The notes: generated from the sequence alone by a model not told the origin. Shown: positions 36,528-49,630, counted from the stretch's first letter. The stretch is 64,000 bases of DNA from Malacoraja senta (GCA_038087875.1 CM075992.1:2296001-2360000), one strand, 5' to 3'. Translations and numbers: made by a program.

Positions 36528-38077
36528 GACTCCCACTGAGAGTCAGAAGGGATTGCAAAGTGCTGGAGTAACTCAGCGGGTCCGGAGATCATGGATAGAT
36601 TCACAGTCTGAAGAAGGGTCCCGACCACTAACGTCTCCAGAGATGCCGCCCGACCCACTGAGTTACTCCAGCACTCTGTGTCCTCTTTGTAAACCAGCAT
36701 CCGCAGTTCCTTGTTTCTACACTTTGCCAGTGAGAGTCGCTCTCTGTGGAACAACGTGCGTGTGAGCGTCTGTGTCTGTAACTGTATCGCAGAGAATTCC
36801 ATGCAAGTGAAATTCTGATGCTATTTATTCATAGAGTCTGTGAGAGTCAATGTTTGAGAAACTCAAGTACTAGTCTGTGCCTGTGAAAAACAGATCCCAG
36901 TGATAGTCGATGACTCTGAAACTGCAAGCCAAAGAATGTATGTGTCCTTAGACCAGTGAGAGCATGTATCAAACTCAAGGGTAAAATTCAACGAAATGAA
37001 TCCCATTGAGACCCTGCTGGGTTCTGACATTATTAACCTCCAGGCAAGGAAGTACAGCTCCTTTGAAAAAAAGAGGAACTTGCCATCAAAGATTTTAGTA
37101 TTTTGAATGAATTCGGTTTAAAGCTGCTTTCTACAGAAGGTGCCTTTCACATAGCTGCTGTCGAGTGAGTTGGTTTCTTAGAATTCATTCTCAGAGATTA
37201 CTGATACAGAACCTAACAGCTGTGTCTGGCTCCCCGTATCTGATCAAAACTGTGATAGAATGATAGTCAGAGAGTCTTACAGCAGGGAAACAGGCTCTTC
37301 AGCCCAACTTGCCCATGCTGACCAAGATGCCCCATGTACGCTAGTCCCACCTGCCCCTGTACGGCCCATAATCCCTTTACCAAAGGGATACTGAGTGTTC
37401 GCCAGAATTCACCAGCAGGACCTGGGCCCCAGGGTCAATGTTCAGCATCTGTCTTCAGTCCCGCTCTCCTGAGTTTACGATGCTAACGAGCTGTGGGGAC
37501 AGGAAGCGGGGGTGTGAGACTTTCTGCCTGCCCGCTCTGTCTGAAACAATGTACACTAAACAATTCACTCCCACCTTTCCATTATCTCCCAGTTGTAGAT
37601 TCAACCTAAAAATCTCCAGCATTCCTAAAACTAGTCCCAATCATTTCCCAGCCCATTTGTTCTGACCAGCTGAGTTATGTGTTCTTTGACTTGCTGAATA
37701 TAGAAAGTTTAACATCTGCAAGTACTTAACTCAGAACCACGTAAAACGCTCCCGACTCTGAAAGCTTATCTTGGCAGTTGTGACATTGTAGGCTCTTTAG
37801 CACTGAGCTGGGACCATTAATGTAATCCATTCTCCAGCACCTTTCTATTGCTTTAGTTCTCTTCCTTATCATCTCAGCAGCCTCTCCCACTCTGTACCTT
37901 GGCCAGCATTAGATGTAATTTATACTTTATTGCATGTTTAACCAAACAAGCTAGTCTGCTGACACTGGCAGAGTGATAGATGAGATATGGAAGGCAGGGC
38001 GAGGTGAAATTGGTTTTCAGCAGGCCTTTTAAGGTGAATGGTAGTCAGTCCAGTTCTAGTCTGTTCAGTTCTAGTCA

Positions 38078-38391
38078 GTTTAGTTTAGAGATACAGCGTG
38101 GAAACAGGCCCTTCAGCCCACCGAGTCCGCGCCGACCAGCGATCCCCGCACATTAACACTATCCTGCACACACTAGAGATGATTTATATTTATACCGAGT
38201 CAATTTACCTACAAACCTGTACGTCTTTGGAGTGTGGGAGGAAACCGGAGATCTCAGAGAAAACCTGCGCTGTCACGGGGAGAACGTACAAACTCCGTAC
38301 AGACGGCGCCCGTAGTCGGGATCGAACCTGGGTCTCCTGTGCTGCAAGCGCTGTAAGGCAGCAACTCTACAACTGCGCCACCGTGCCGCCC
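38078..38391 (-). mobile_element. Full-length V-SINE
   Basis: Reverse-complement consensus. Confidence 0.9.
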
Positions 38392-39890
38392 TAAGTTCAG
38401 TCAGTGCAGTCATAGCACTTGAAGCTGTTCCACTACTGATGAAGTCAGGGCATTGGGGAAGGAAGGGATGGTGCAGAACAGAAAATCTTGTTTCCTATAT
38501 TCATCATATTTTCTCACAATGTAGCATTTAACCTTTTAACTCTAAGCTGACTCGGAGTGATCCAACCCCCCCCCCCCCCCATATTAACTGCCAACAAATT
38601 CCCTCACAAACCCAGCCACTTCAGCTCAATCTGAAGAAGGGTCTCACGCCAAAACGTCACCCATTCCTTCTCTCCAGAGATGCTGCCTGTCCCGCGGGAG
38701 TTACTCCAGCGCTTTGTGTCTATCGTTGGTTTAAAGCAGCTTCTGCAGTTCCTTCCGACACACTTCGCCCTAGTTTTCTGCTCAGCGACCCACACCCACG
38801 GGTAATTTACACCAGACAATTAGCCTCGCAACTTTGAGGATATGGCAGGAAATTAAAACTCCCGGGAGAAATCCGCACAGTCCACACCAGTCAGCACCAG
38901 AGGTCGGGATTAAAAGCAGATGGATACGTGAGGGAGGGGAGGAATGAGCTGTAGATGTGGGTGTGTATGGGAGGACAGGGTTAAGCAGCATTGTTAAGAG
39001 CATAGAACAGTAAAGAACAGGAACCCACTGTGAAACCCACCCATTAACCCACAATGTCCACGCCAAATATGATGCCATTAAACTAATCTCTGCCTGCATG
39101 TCCATGATCCAAGTCCCACAATTCCCAAATTGAGAAGATTCCCAAATTCCCAAATTCCAACTCGCAAAACAATATCCACGTGCCTCTTAAACTATTGTAT
39201 CTGCACCCACCCCTCTGGCAGTGTGTTGCAGGCCCCTGGATAGAAGGAATGGGTGACCTTTCGAGTCGAGACGTCTGAGAAAAGGGTCTCGACCAGAAAC
39301 GTCACCCATTCCTTCTATCCAGAGATGCTGCCTGTCCCTCAGAGTTACTCCAGGGTCTACTCGGTTTAAACCAGCATCTGCGATTCCTTCCTGCAATGTT
39401 CCACACCCCCACCAGTCTCGGCATAAAAAAACTTGCCCCGCACATCTGTGTATCTCGTTTCTATTTCCCCTGAGTCTGAAGAAAGGTCTCGATCCGTAAC
39501 GTCCCCTGTTCCTTCTCTCCAGGGATGCTGCCTGACCCGCTGAGTTACTCCAGCTTTTAGTGTCCATCTTAAAGTTAGTACCACATTAGTTTTTGACATT
39601 TCCACCCTGGGAAAAAGGGTTCTGACTAACCTCTCTCTGCCTCTCGTGATTTTATAGACTTACGCCAGGTCTCCCCTCAGCTTCCAACACTCCAGACAAA
39701 ACAATCTGCGGAGTTTTTAATGCGTTTTGCACTGAGATAGTGGTGCTCGGAACACAGTGCCAGGAATGATTGTGGAGGCAGATGAGATAGTGGCGTTTAA
39801 GAGGCTTTTAGAACGGGGTATGTAAGGAATGGAGTGGATGTGGATTACGTGTCGGCAGAGAAGACTAATTTAATTTGGCATCTAGAGAAG

Positions 39891-40178
39891 TTTAGTTTAG
39901 TTTACAGAAGCAGCGTGGAAACAGGCCCTTCGGCCCATCCAGTCCGCTCCGACAGCAATCACCCTGACACTAGTTCTATCCCACACACTTGTAATAATTT
40001 ACAGAAGCCAATTAACCGACAAACCTGTACATCTTTGGAAGGTGGGCGGAAACCGGAGCACCCGGAGAAAACCCCTGGGGTCACAGGAAGAACGTACAAA
40101 CTCTGTACAGACAGCAGCTGTAGTCCAGATCGAACCCAAGTCTCTGGCGCTGTAAGGCAGCAACTCTACCGCTGCGCC
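39891..40178 (-). mobile_element. V-SINE
   Basis: Reverse-complement consensus. Confidence 0.85.
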
Positions 40179-40594
40179 CTAAGTGATGTCTTGTGTGGTT
40201 TTGAGATCAGAGCACAGGAGAACACCGTCACCATGGTGATTCACAGGAACTGGGCCACTGGGCGAATGGATCTTTGGCCAGAGCAAGGAAGGCAGAGTGG
40301 CGGATGGTAAATGACCCTGGGCAGGCTGGTGAGGGAGAGCTTTGGATGGGAGGTGGAGGGAGGAGATAAGTGATCATGGCAAGACCGTGACCTTTCGCGA
40401 CACACCGAACCAGGGTCCTGAACCGAAATGTTGCCTATCCGCGACCTCCAGCGATGCTGCCAGACCTGCGGAGTTACTCCAGCCACTTTGTGGTGTTCTT
40501 GTAAACCAACATCTGCAGTTCCTTGCCATGATGGTGCCAAGTTCCCATTGAGTGAGATGCTGAGCCCAGAGGCAACCACAGATATAAAGACTGA

Positions 40595-40820
40595 TAGACA
40601 ATAGGTGCAGGAGTAGGCCATTCGGCCCTTCGCCAGCACCGCCATTCAATGTGATCATGGCTGATCATCCCCAATCAGTACCCCGTTCCTGCCTTCTCCC
40701 CATATCCCCTGACTCCACTATCTTCAAGAGCCCTATCTAGCTCTCTCTTGAAAGCATCCAGAGAACCGGCCTCCACCGCCCTCTGAGGCAGAGAATTCCA
40801 CAGACTCACCACTCTCTGTG
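40595..40820 (-). mobile_element. CR1 3' tail
   Basis: Reverse complement of ~14950-15180. Confidence 0.9.
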
Positions 40821-41314
40821 TGTGATGTGCTGACCAAGGTCAGGGATGATGGAGTTAACACGCGGGGATGTATCGGGAAGAGACAGAAGGATTTGTATGA
40901 TGGAAAAGATAAACTCCGCATAAAATAACCCAGAACCACAAACTGCCACAGAGCCCAATACAATGAATGAAAAATATACATCTGTATGGAATCTGCAGAG
41001 AGAGAGTTTCTGAAAGGATTTTACGGAACTCCAAGGTCACCCAAAATATCCCTAACCAACAAAGGAGCCCTGGATAATCGGCTGAGTTTATATTCAAGCA
41101 GGAAGTCGATGCTATTAATAGTCTGAGAAAACATTTCGGTACAAGCTTTCCAGTGTGGAAAACTGTGGCGTAAGAGTCTGGCCTTGTTACTGGGGGCATT
41201 CACCATGCACAGACACCTGGGCACACTCGCCACGCCCGTCACATGCCCGGGCACAAATTCAGTACCACACAGGTACCAACACAAACACCCAGTGCCACAA
41301 AAATACCGCCAATA

Positions 41315-41800
41315 CCATGGTGGCGCAGCGGTAGAGTTGCTGCCTTACAGCGCTTGCATCGCCAGAGACCCGGGTTCCATCCCGACTACGGGTGCTGTCT
41401 TTACGGAGTTTGTACCTTCTCCCCATGACCGCCTGGGTTTTCTCCGAGATCTTCGGTTTCCTCCCACACTCCAAATTCATACAGGTTTGTAGGTTAATTG
41501 GCTTGGTATAAGTGTAAAGTGTCCCTAGTGTGTGTCGGATAGTGTTAATGTGTGTGTGGGGGGGGGGGGGGGGAGGATGGGTGGGAGATTGCAACCTTCA
41601 CGTGGTCCGCCCTGTTTCAACTAATGCAATCAACCCGGCGTGCACAATCAAATAAGCTCAAATAGAACAAGTTGTCCTACAACTTTAGGCCGTGCACGCC
41701 ACACGCAAGAAGAAGAATGTGTGGGGATCGCTGGTCGGCACGGCCTCAGTGGGCTGAAAGGCCTGTTTCCGCACTGTATCTCTAAACTAAACGAAACTAA
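41315..41800 (+). mobile_element. V-SINE hosting HDV-like retroposon copy C
   Basis: SINE tagtgttaatgtg..ggggatcgctgg is interrupted. Confidence 0.85.
41578..41717 (+). ncRNA. HDV-like-ribozyme-headed short retroposon, copy C
   Basis: tgggtgg-ga-gattgca-acc-ttcacgt-ggt-ccgccct-gtttcaa-ctaa-tgcaatc; (aag)n tail; tgtgtgggg duplicated; poly-G upstream. Confidence 0.75.
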
Positions 41801-41884
41801 ACCTGGGCAAGAACATGGTGTACCACAGATGCCTCATCCAGTACCAGCATCCAGGCTAATGCAGCATCTGCAGTTCCTTGCCAC

Positions 41885-42290
41885 GCCCAACACCTCCGCT
41901 CGGTCCGCAGTAACCAACCCGATCTCCCGGTGGCCCAGCACTTCAACTCCCCCTCCCATTCCAAATCCGACCTTTCTGTCCTGGGCCTCCTCCATGGCCA
42001 GAGTGAGGACCACCGTAAATTGGAGGAGCAGCACTCATATTTCGCTTGGGCAGTTTGCACCCCAGCGGTATGAACATTGACTTCTCTAATTTCAGGTAGT
42101 CCCTGCTTTCTCCTCCCCTTCTCGGCTCTCCCTCAGCCCACTGGCTCCGCCACTTCCTTTCTTCTTCGCGCCCTCCCACTCACCCTCACATCAGTCTGAA
42201 GAAGGGTCTCGACCCGAAACGTTGCCTATTTCCTTCGCTCCATAGATGCTGCCTCACCCGCTGAGTTTCTCCAGCATTTTTGTCTACCTT
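41885..42290 (+). mobile_element. Penelope-like 3' fragment with hammerhead core at 42196-42223
   Basis: Translates HLRSVRSNQPDLPVAQHFNSPSHS..LEEQH, matching the 8592-8891 element. Confidence 0.9.
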
Positions 42291-42691
42291 GCTACACATA
42301 CACTGGCATAATGGCTCAAGTTCACCCTTGACCTAGTTGAATGGACCGGGAGTGGCGAGTAGCTAGGGATCGGCCTTTGTTCTGGGTGTAATTGTTTGCT
42401 GGGAGTCCCTGTGGCTGTGGCGTTCTGGTGAGTGCCGCTGTCCTGACGTGCTCTCAGGTTACTTATTGTAGGCGAGGAGAGACTAATGAGGGTCAGCACA
42501 AAGTCTGCTTCCCCTCAGGCTCTTTCATCCCAGGAGGTCCCAGACACAACTATATCATTAAAATTAAACACCAGCTGACAAAGGTAGACCGGGAGCGTCT
42601 CCCTGCAGGTAAGTCCACATCTGTACAGCAGAGAGCGTTCAAAGGTGAAACAAGGTGAGAGTTCAGGGCCAATATATTCCTCTCAGGGTGA

Positions 42692-42945
42692 ACATAGAAA
42701 CATAGAAACATAGACAATAGGTGCAGGAGTAGGCCATTCGGCCCTTCGAGCATGCACCGCCATTCAATATGATCATGGCTGATCATCCAACTCAGTATCC
42801 TGTACCTGCCTTCTCTCCATACCCCCTGATCCCTTTAGCCACAAAGGCCACATCTAACTCCCTCTTAAATATAGCCAATGAACTGGCCTCAACTACCTTC
42901 TGTGGCAGAGGATTCCACAGATTCACCACTCTCTGTGTGAAAAAA
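42692..42945 (-). mobile_element. CR1 3' tail
   Basis: (catagaaa)n tail; FFTQRVVNLWNPLP. Confidence 0.9.
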
Positions 42946-43349
42946 ATAATTCTCAAAGAAGAGCCAAAGGAACATGTAACAAAGGGAAGGTAGACAAAAA
43001 TGCTGGAGAAACTCAGCGGGTGCAGCAGCATCTATGGAGCGAAGGAAATAGGCAACGTTTCGGGCCGAAACCCTTCTTCAGACAAGGGGATCCTGGTATC
43101 GAGGGATCTCGAAGGTTGGATAAAGAGAAGAAACAATTCTCCTCTATACCTACAACATCTTAAAGCTATGCCCTCTTGTCACAAATACCCCCACCAGGAG
43201 AAAAGGATGTTTAGTATCTAGTTCTCTATCCCCTTGATAATTTTATGCCCCTCTGAGACATCACCCCTCAGCCTCCAGAGCTCCAGGGAAAGCAAACCCA
43301 ACCCATCCACCCCTTCTTGTGTCTAAAATGCTCCAATCCAGCCAACATC

Positions 43350-43512
43350 CTGGAGTAACTCAGCGGGACAGGCAGCATCTCTGGAGAGAAGGAATGGGTG
43401 ACGTTTCGGGTCGAGATGGGTCTGAAGAAGGGTCTCGACCCGAAACGTCACCCATTCCTTCTCTCCAGAGATGCTGCCTGTCCCGCTGAGTTACTCCAGC
43501 ATGTTGTGTCTA
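43350..43512. mobile_element. Palindromic Penelope mini-element; hammerhead 43416-43455 with a full 6-bp stem I
   Basis: atgggt-ctgaaga-a-gggtctcgaccc-gaaacgtc-acccat. Confidence 0.85.
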
Positions 43513-44483
43513 TAACAGTTCCTTCCTGCAACATCCTGATGAACCTCTTCCACACTCTCTCCAGCATAACCACAACCTATCTATGATGGTGCAGGCCAGA
43601 TTGCTCACGATATTCCAATGTAACCAGTTTTGATAAAGGTTGAATATGAAGAACCGTGCGTTAGGTTCAGACCACGAGCCAATGAAGGGAAGCAACTTTC
43701 TTCAAAAGTTACATCCTCGCAGAACAAAGTTAATAAATGGTCAACAAGAGGCATGCAAGACCAGGAGCCAAGAATGCTAGTGCGCTGTGCTGTGACGGAT
43801 CAGGTTCATTACAATTGGATGTGGTTGCTCACTGTTCTGGCCCCAGACTGATTTAATAGCATTAATCTGATGAGGAGGTCGTTTGATTTTTGCCCGAAAC
43901 AGCTTGGTCAGAAACTCGCTATCTTCCTGTTTACTGGGGAGGGTCCAAGCCGAGGTGAGTCCGTGTTTCTTTCTCAGACACGGATGACTTGGGAGAATAA
44001 GGATTGCATCAGAGAAATGTTGAGAACCACACGGGAAGACCTTGGCCAAGATCCATCCCAGAACACAACGATGACTTGGATAGAGTGTAGGAAGGAACTG
44101 CAGATGCTGGCTTACACCGAAGAACTTTTCTTAAGTTAGACACCAAATGCTGGAGTAACTCAGCGGGACAGGCAGCGTCTCTGGAGAGAAGGAATGGGTG
44201 ACGTTTTGGGTCGAGACCCTTCTTCAATCTTTTCTTGAACTTCTCTGCTGCAAGGAGGGCAATCTCAACATCTCTGACGTCTGATCATATGTTTGTGAAA
44301 GGAGTTTACTCTGCTCGAGTCACCAGAATCCACCGTTATGCGTGACAGAACATGCCAACCTTGGAGAGTAAACTTGGTCAATAGGAAAAAATAGTCACAG
44401 AAAACCTAAAGGGAGCATGTGGAAATGCTGCCAACTTTGGGAGCAGCTTATTTTTACTTAAAAAATCCGTTCCCCTCTATCAG

Positions 44484-44825
44484 GTCATAAATGATAGGAG
44501 CTGAATTAGGTTATTCGGCCCATCAAGTCTACTCCACCATTCAAACATGGCTGATCTATCTATCCCTCTTAACACTATTCACCTGCCTTCTTCCCATAAC
44601 CCCTGACACCCGTACTAATCAAGAATCTATCTCGGCCTTCAAAATATCCATTGACTTGGACTCCACAACCTTTGTGGCAAAGAATTCCACAGATTCACCA
44701 CCCTGTGACTACAGAAATGTCTCCTCATCTCCTTCCTAATGGAATGTCCTTTAATTCTGAGGCTATGACCTCTGGTCCTAGACTCTCCCACTAGTGGAAA
44801 CATTCTCTCAACACCCACTTTCACT
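44484..44825 (-). mobile_element. CR1 3' fragment
   Basis: VERMFPLVGESRTRGHSLRIKG. Confidence 0.85.
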
Positions 44826-45547
44826 GTGTTGTCTTGAACTCACTTGCTGTAGGTTTGGGAGGAACAACTCTTAGTCCAGAGCTTAGGCTAAGAAAGTGCT
44901 GGCAGCTGTTGTCAATTAAACATGTCTTGACTACCTTTGGCCCAGTGCCCTACCCTGCATTATATTGCTGGGCAAGGAACAAATAAGCTGTAAATATACA
45001 GTGTGTCAGATGGCAATCTTTGAGACAAGAGATTATTCTGCATCACCAACCAACTGTGCCTTTCCAACATCATCGATTTCACAAACTTCAGATGCTGAGG
45101 GTCATAGAAAGGGCAGACAGTAAGAAACTTTTCTGCATTGTTCTAAGGGGCAGCTAGTGTAAATGTCCGGGTCCCTAGTGTGTGTAGGGTAGTGTTAGTG
45201 TGCGGGATCGCTAGTCGGTGCGGACTCGGTGGGCCGAAGGGCCTGTTTCTGCACTGTATCTCTGCACTAAACTAAACTAAACTAGAGTCACATGCTTGTG
45301 TGCTGCTGGAGCTGTCTGGCCGATACTATCTACAGCCTGCATCACACTGCAATGCAAAAGGAGACGGCAATTCACCCTTCTCATATGAACGTCTTGCACG
45401 CTCCACTTAGCGTGTATAATGCAGCAATTAAATCCCACAATTGCAGACGTTGACATCTACCAAAGAGTCTGGTGCATCAAATATAAAGCCTGCACTTCAC
45501 CGGCATCCACCGAACACAATTTCATTTTAAACAAGCAAAGATCATTA

Positions 45548-45945
45548 GTTCATAAGTAATAGGAGCAGAATTAGGCCATTTGGCCCATCAAGTCTACTCC
45601 GCTATTCAATCATGGCTGATCTATCTCTCCCTCCTAACCCCATTCTCCTGCCTTCTCCCCATAACCCCTGACACCCGTATTAATCAATAATCTTATCTAT
45701 CTCTGCCTTAAATATATCAATAGACAATAGACAATAGACAAGAGGTGCAGGAGTAGGCCATTCGGCCCTTTGAGCCAGCTGCCATTTAATGTGATCATGG
45801 CTGATCATCCCCAATCAGTACCCCGTTCCTGCCTTCTCCCCATATCCCCTGACTCCGCTATTTTTAAGAGCCCTATCTAGCTCTCTCTTGAAAGCATCCA
45901 GAGAACCTGCCTCCACCGCCCTCTGAGGCAGGGAATTCCACAGAC
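45548..45945 (-). mobile_element. Two nested CR1 3' tails
   Basis: 45548-45717 and 45718-45945 belong to different tail subfamilies. Confidence 0.8.
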
Positions 45946-46482
45946 GTGGCCTCCTTGTGGGCAAGTTGGGTGGAAGGGCCTGTTTCCACACTGTATCACT
46001 CTATGACTCTGACCTGCCTGTGCACTCAATGTGGACACGAGTACATGAAGCAGAGAGACTCTAGCACACGGCTGACTTCATCCTCCACTGCCCCTGCTTG
46101 GACGCATCGCGTGATCTGAGCAAGGACAAGCAGCCAACATCCCGACGCATGAGAAAAGCTGGAACATTTACAGAGTCATCGGGTCATGGGCGAGAACACG
46201 GGAAGTCTTCACACTCCTTATTCTGCACAGTTCCCTGAAGGCTTTTAACCTTGTGTCCATTAAAGCTGCTGCCGGACACAGTTCTCCAACGGATCGCAGG
46301 ACAGTACTAACCTCACATTATCATTCACCAAGGGGAAACCAGCCAAATCTGCTTGCAACAGAAATATTGTACTAAAAAGAGAATGGAAACATTTTTATTC
46401 CTGATATCTGAGCCTCTAAGTTCAATGCTGGTTGCTGTCCATTTGCCTCCAAAGATGCTGCCTGCTTCCCAGGATCCTGCCT

Positions 46483-46945
46483 GGATCCCAGCAATGAGTG
46501 GGTTAACATATCATGAGCGTTTGATGGCTATGGGCCTGTACTTGCTGGGGTTTCGAAGAATGAGGGGGGACTTGAAACTTACATTGTTGAAACTTACCGA
46601 ATAGCGAAAGGCCTGGATAGAGTGGATGTGGAGAGGATGTTTCCACTGGTGGGAGAGTCTAGGACCAGAGGCCACAGCCTCAGAATAAAAGGATACACCT
46701 TTAAAAAGGAAATGGGGAGGAATATCTTTAGCCAGAGGGTGGTGAATCTGTGGAATTCTTTGCCACAGAAGGCTGTGGAGGCCAAGTCAGTGGATATTTT
46801 TAAGGCAGAGATAGATAGATTCTTAATTAGTACGGGTGGCAGGAGAATGGGGTTAGGAGGGAGAGATAGATCAGCCATGATTGAATGGGGGAATAGTCTT
46901 GATGGGCTGAATGGCCTAATTCTGCTCCTAGAACCTATGAACTTA
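46483..46945 (+). mobile_element. CR1 3' fragment
   Basis: MSGLTYHERL..DVERMFPLVGESRTRGH. Confidence 0.85.
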
Positions 46946-47450
46946 AGGCCCGCTGAGTTCCTCCAGCACGTTGTTTTCTGTTTTAGGCTGGTCAGTGTCA
47001 CCACTTTGCAACTTCAGGCTGGACCCAGACCACTGGCCGCTCTTCCCTCTGGGGAGAAGCAAGATCCTGGGAGGTTTAAAGGAATGGGAAACATTTTGAA
47101 AGGATGGTTTGGCGAGATCGCTTGCATGTTCCATTTGCATCACTTGAAGAGCGGGCGGCCAAAATCACCAGCTGGGCCTCGTCTCCGGTCAAATGGTGCA
47201 GCCTGCCTGTTGTAACAATGGGATTGTCCAACTCTGTGATGTTTACACTCAGCGATTCTGACATCTTAATTCACTGATCTTTAAACCAACGCTGTTGCAA
47301 TCATCCTCGCCACTGAGTAATGGCTCGCTGTTAAAGCAGCCGTGACAGGCAACCCAAACAAACAAGTATCAACCTATCCAGACGTAATCAAACCGGATAC
47401 CTTCAAGCAGTCATGGGCTCCAGCTTTCCACTTCATCTATTGTCTGTTGA

Positions 47451-47713
47451 TCATAAGGTCATAAGTTCATAAGTGATAGGAGCAGAATCAGGCCATTCAG
47501 CCCATCACGTCTACTCCGCCATTCAATCATGGCTGATCTATCTCCCCCTCCTAACCCCATTCTCCTGCCTTCTCCCCATAATCCCTGACACCCGTACTAA
47601 TCAAGAATCTATCTATTGCGGCCTCAAAAATATCCACTAACTTGGCCTCCGCAGCCTTCTGTGGCAAAGAATTCCACAGATTCACCACCCTCTGACTAAA
47701 GAAATGCTTCCTC
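47451..47713 (-). mobile_element. CR1 3' tail
   Basis: KHFFSQRVVNLWNSLPQKA. Confidence 0.85.
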
Positions 47714-48417
47714 TTGGCTGCTTGTCCTTGCTCAGACAACCCGTCCCAATCGCTTTGTGCTGATCCAGACAAGGACTCAGACAAGATGGTGGATCTGGGC
47801 ACAAAGGGTGTCTCAGTCATTGTGTAAAGACATCAACAATCCCATCTGGTGTCCAAGGGAAGCATGGCTTAGATCCAGAATAGACCGGCTCATAGAACAG
47901 AGCAGTACTCCAAAGACTGCAGTCTGAAGAAGGGTCTCGACCCGAAATGTCACCCATTCCTCTATCCAGAGATGCTGCTTGACCCGCTGAGTTACTCCAG
48001 CATTCTGTGTCTACTTCAGCACTCCAGGCATGTAGGTTTTGAGGGTAACTGGCTTGGTATAATTGTAAACTGTCCCTAGTGTGTGTAGGATAGTGTTAAT
48101 GTGCAGGGATTGCTGGTCGGTGCGGACTCAGTGGGCCGAAGGGCCTGTTTCACCATTGTATCTCCAAACTAAACTCTTAGGGCTCTTAAAGATAGTGGAG
48201 TCAGGGGATATGGGGAGAAGGCAGGAACGGGGTACTGATTGGGGATGATCAGCCATGATCACATTGAATGGTGGTGCTGGCTGGAAGGGCCGAATGGCCT
48301 ACTCCTGCACCTATTGTCTATTGTCTAAACTGAACTAAAGCACAAGTACAATCAGGCACAGGCACTTCAGTCCATAATGTCTGTGCCGAACATGATGGCA
48401 AGTTAATGTATAGAACA

Positions 48418-48665
48418 GATGCTGTACATGTGGCACCTAGAGTAACGCTTCCTCTACAATGCCCCATCAGACACTCCTTGGACAGAGTGCATGTTTTCCC
48501 CAAGTGTACCTCCCTCTGCTGCATTCTGACAATGGGGCTTAATTCTAGTCACAGTCCAGTAGATCTTTCTCGGAGCTGTCGTGATGGAAGGATTCTGAAC
48601 AAGCTGGACATCATCTAGCTTATTATATCTTGACCTACCACGGACCAATTTACTTCAATCCAAAC
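48418..48665 (-). repeat. ~245-bp diverged repeat, copy 1 (possibly DeuSINE-like)
   Basis: Colinear with 49769-50006; shares blocks such as ctccctctgctgcattctgacaa and gcttaattctagtc. Confidence 0.7.
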
Positions 48666-49151
48666 TACTTCTTCTTGGAGCAGAGACCTGACCAGTTCCC
48701 GGCAGCTTCCCGCCGGGTCCCTCTCCATTCTCAGCAGCCCTCCCAGCCGGGCCCCCCTTTGTTCTTGTCGACCCCCCTCTGTTCTCAGCGCCCTCCCTAT
48801 TTTCTCCAACCAAACCTTCCAGGGCCGATACAGTGCAGGGTCAGATAGAGATAAAAGTTGCTTTTAGGCTCTCCCATTAAAACTCCCTCAATGGGCATGT
48901 GAAGGGTTAAAGAGAGAGTGGAGCTTTTGTTCATTTACGGGATGTGCGGCATTTATCCCCCATCTGTAAACGACCACATTACTGGGTCTGAGTCATGCTG
49001 CCAGTCCTGGCCAGGAATGGATGTCAAATGTAATTTACTTGTTTGGAGGACATTAATGCACATGATGGGGTTTTTTACAACAAATCCTGTGGTTTCACAA
49101 TGACTGCTTCTGATACTAGCTTTTAATTTAAAATTATTTGGTTTCCTCAGA

Positions 49152-49630
49152 AGGCGGCAGTGGTAGAATTGCTGCCTCACAGCGGCAGAGACCCGGGTTC
49201 AATCCTGACCACGGGTGTTGTCTGTACGCTCTCCCTGTGACCTGTGTTTTAAGAGAGAGCTAGATAGGGCTCTTAAAGATAGCAGAGTCAGAGGATATGG
49301 GGAGAAGGCAGGAACGGGGGTACTGATTGGGGATGATCCGCCATGATCACATTGAATGGCGGTGCTGGCTCGAAGGGCCGAATGGCCTCCTCCTGCAACT
49401 ATTGTCTTTTGTCTATTGTCTATTGACCTGCGTGTGTTTTCTCCGGGATCTCCGGTTTCCTCCCACACTCCAAAGATGTACAGGTTTGTAGGCTGATTGA
49501 CTTCTGTAAAATTGTAAATGGTTCAGAGTGTGTAGGATAGAGCTAGCATACGGGGATCGCTGGTCCGCCCAGACCCTATGGGCCGAGGGGCTTTTTCCAC
49601 GCTATACTGTATCTCCAAACTAAACTAAAC
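49152..49630 (+). mobile_element. V-SINE with nested CR1 tail (~49288-49424)
   Basis: tgacctg..tgtttt duplicated around the insert. Confidence 0.8.

Noticed and set aside
36091..36865. ~24-bp imperfect direct repeat (gagtcaatgtttg..aaactca) about 750 bp apart
   Set aside because: Too short and degenerate to define an element; probably an old local duplication
46622..47215. 197-aa ORF
   Set aside because: CR1 tail reading through by chance into flanking sequence
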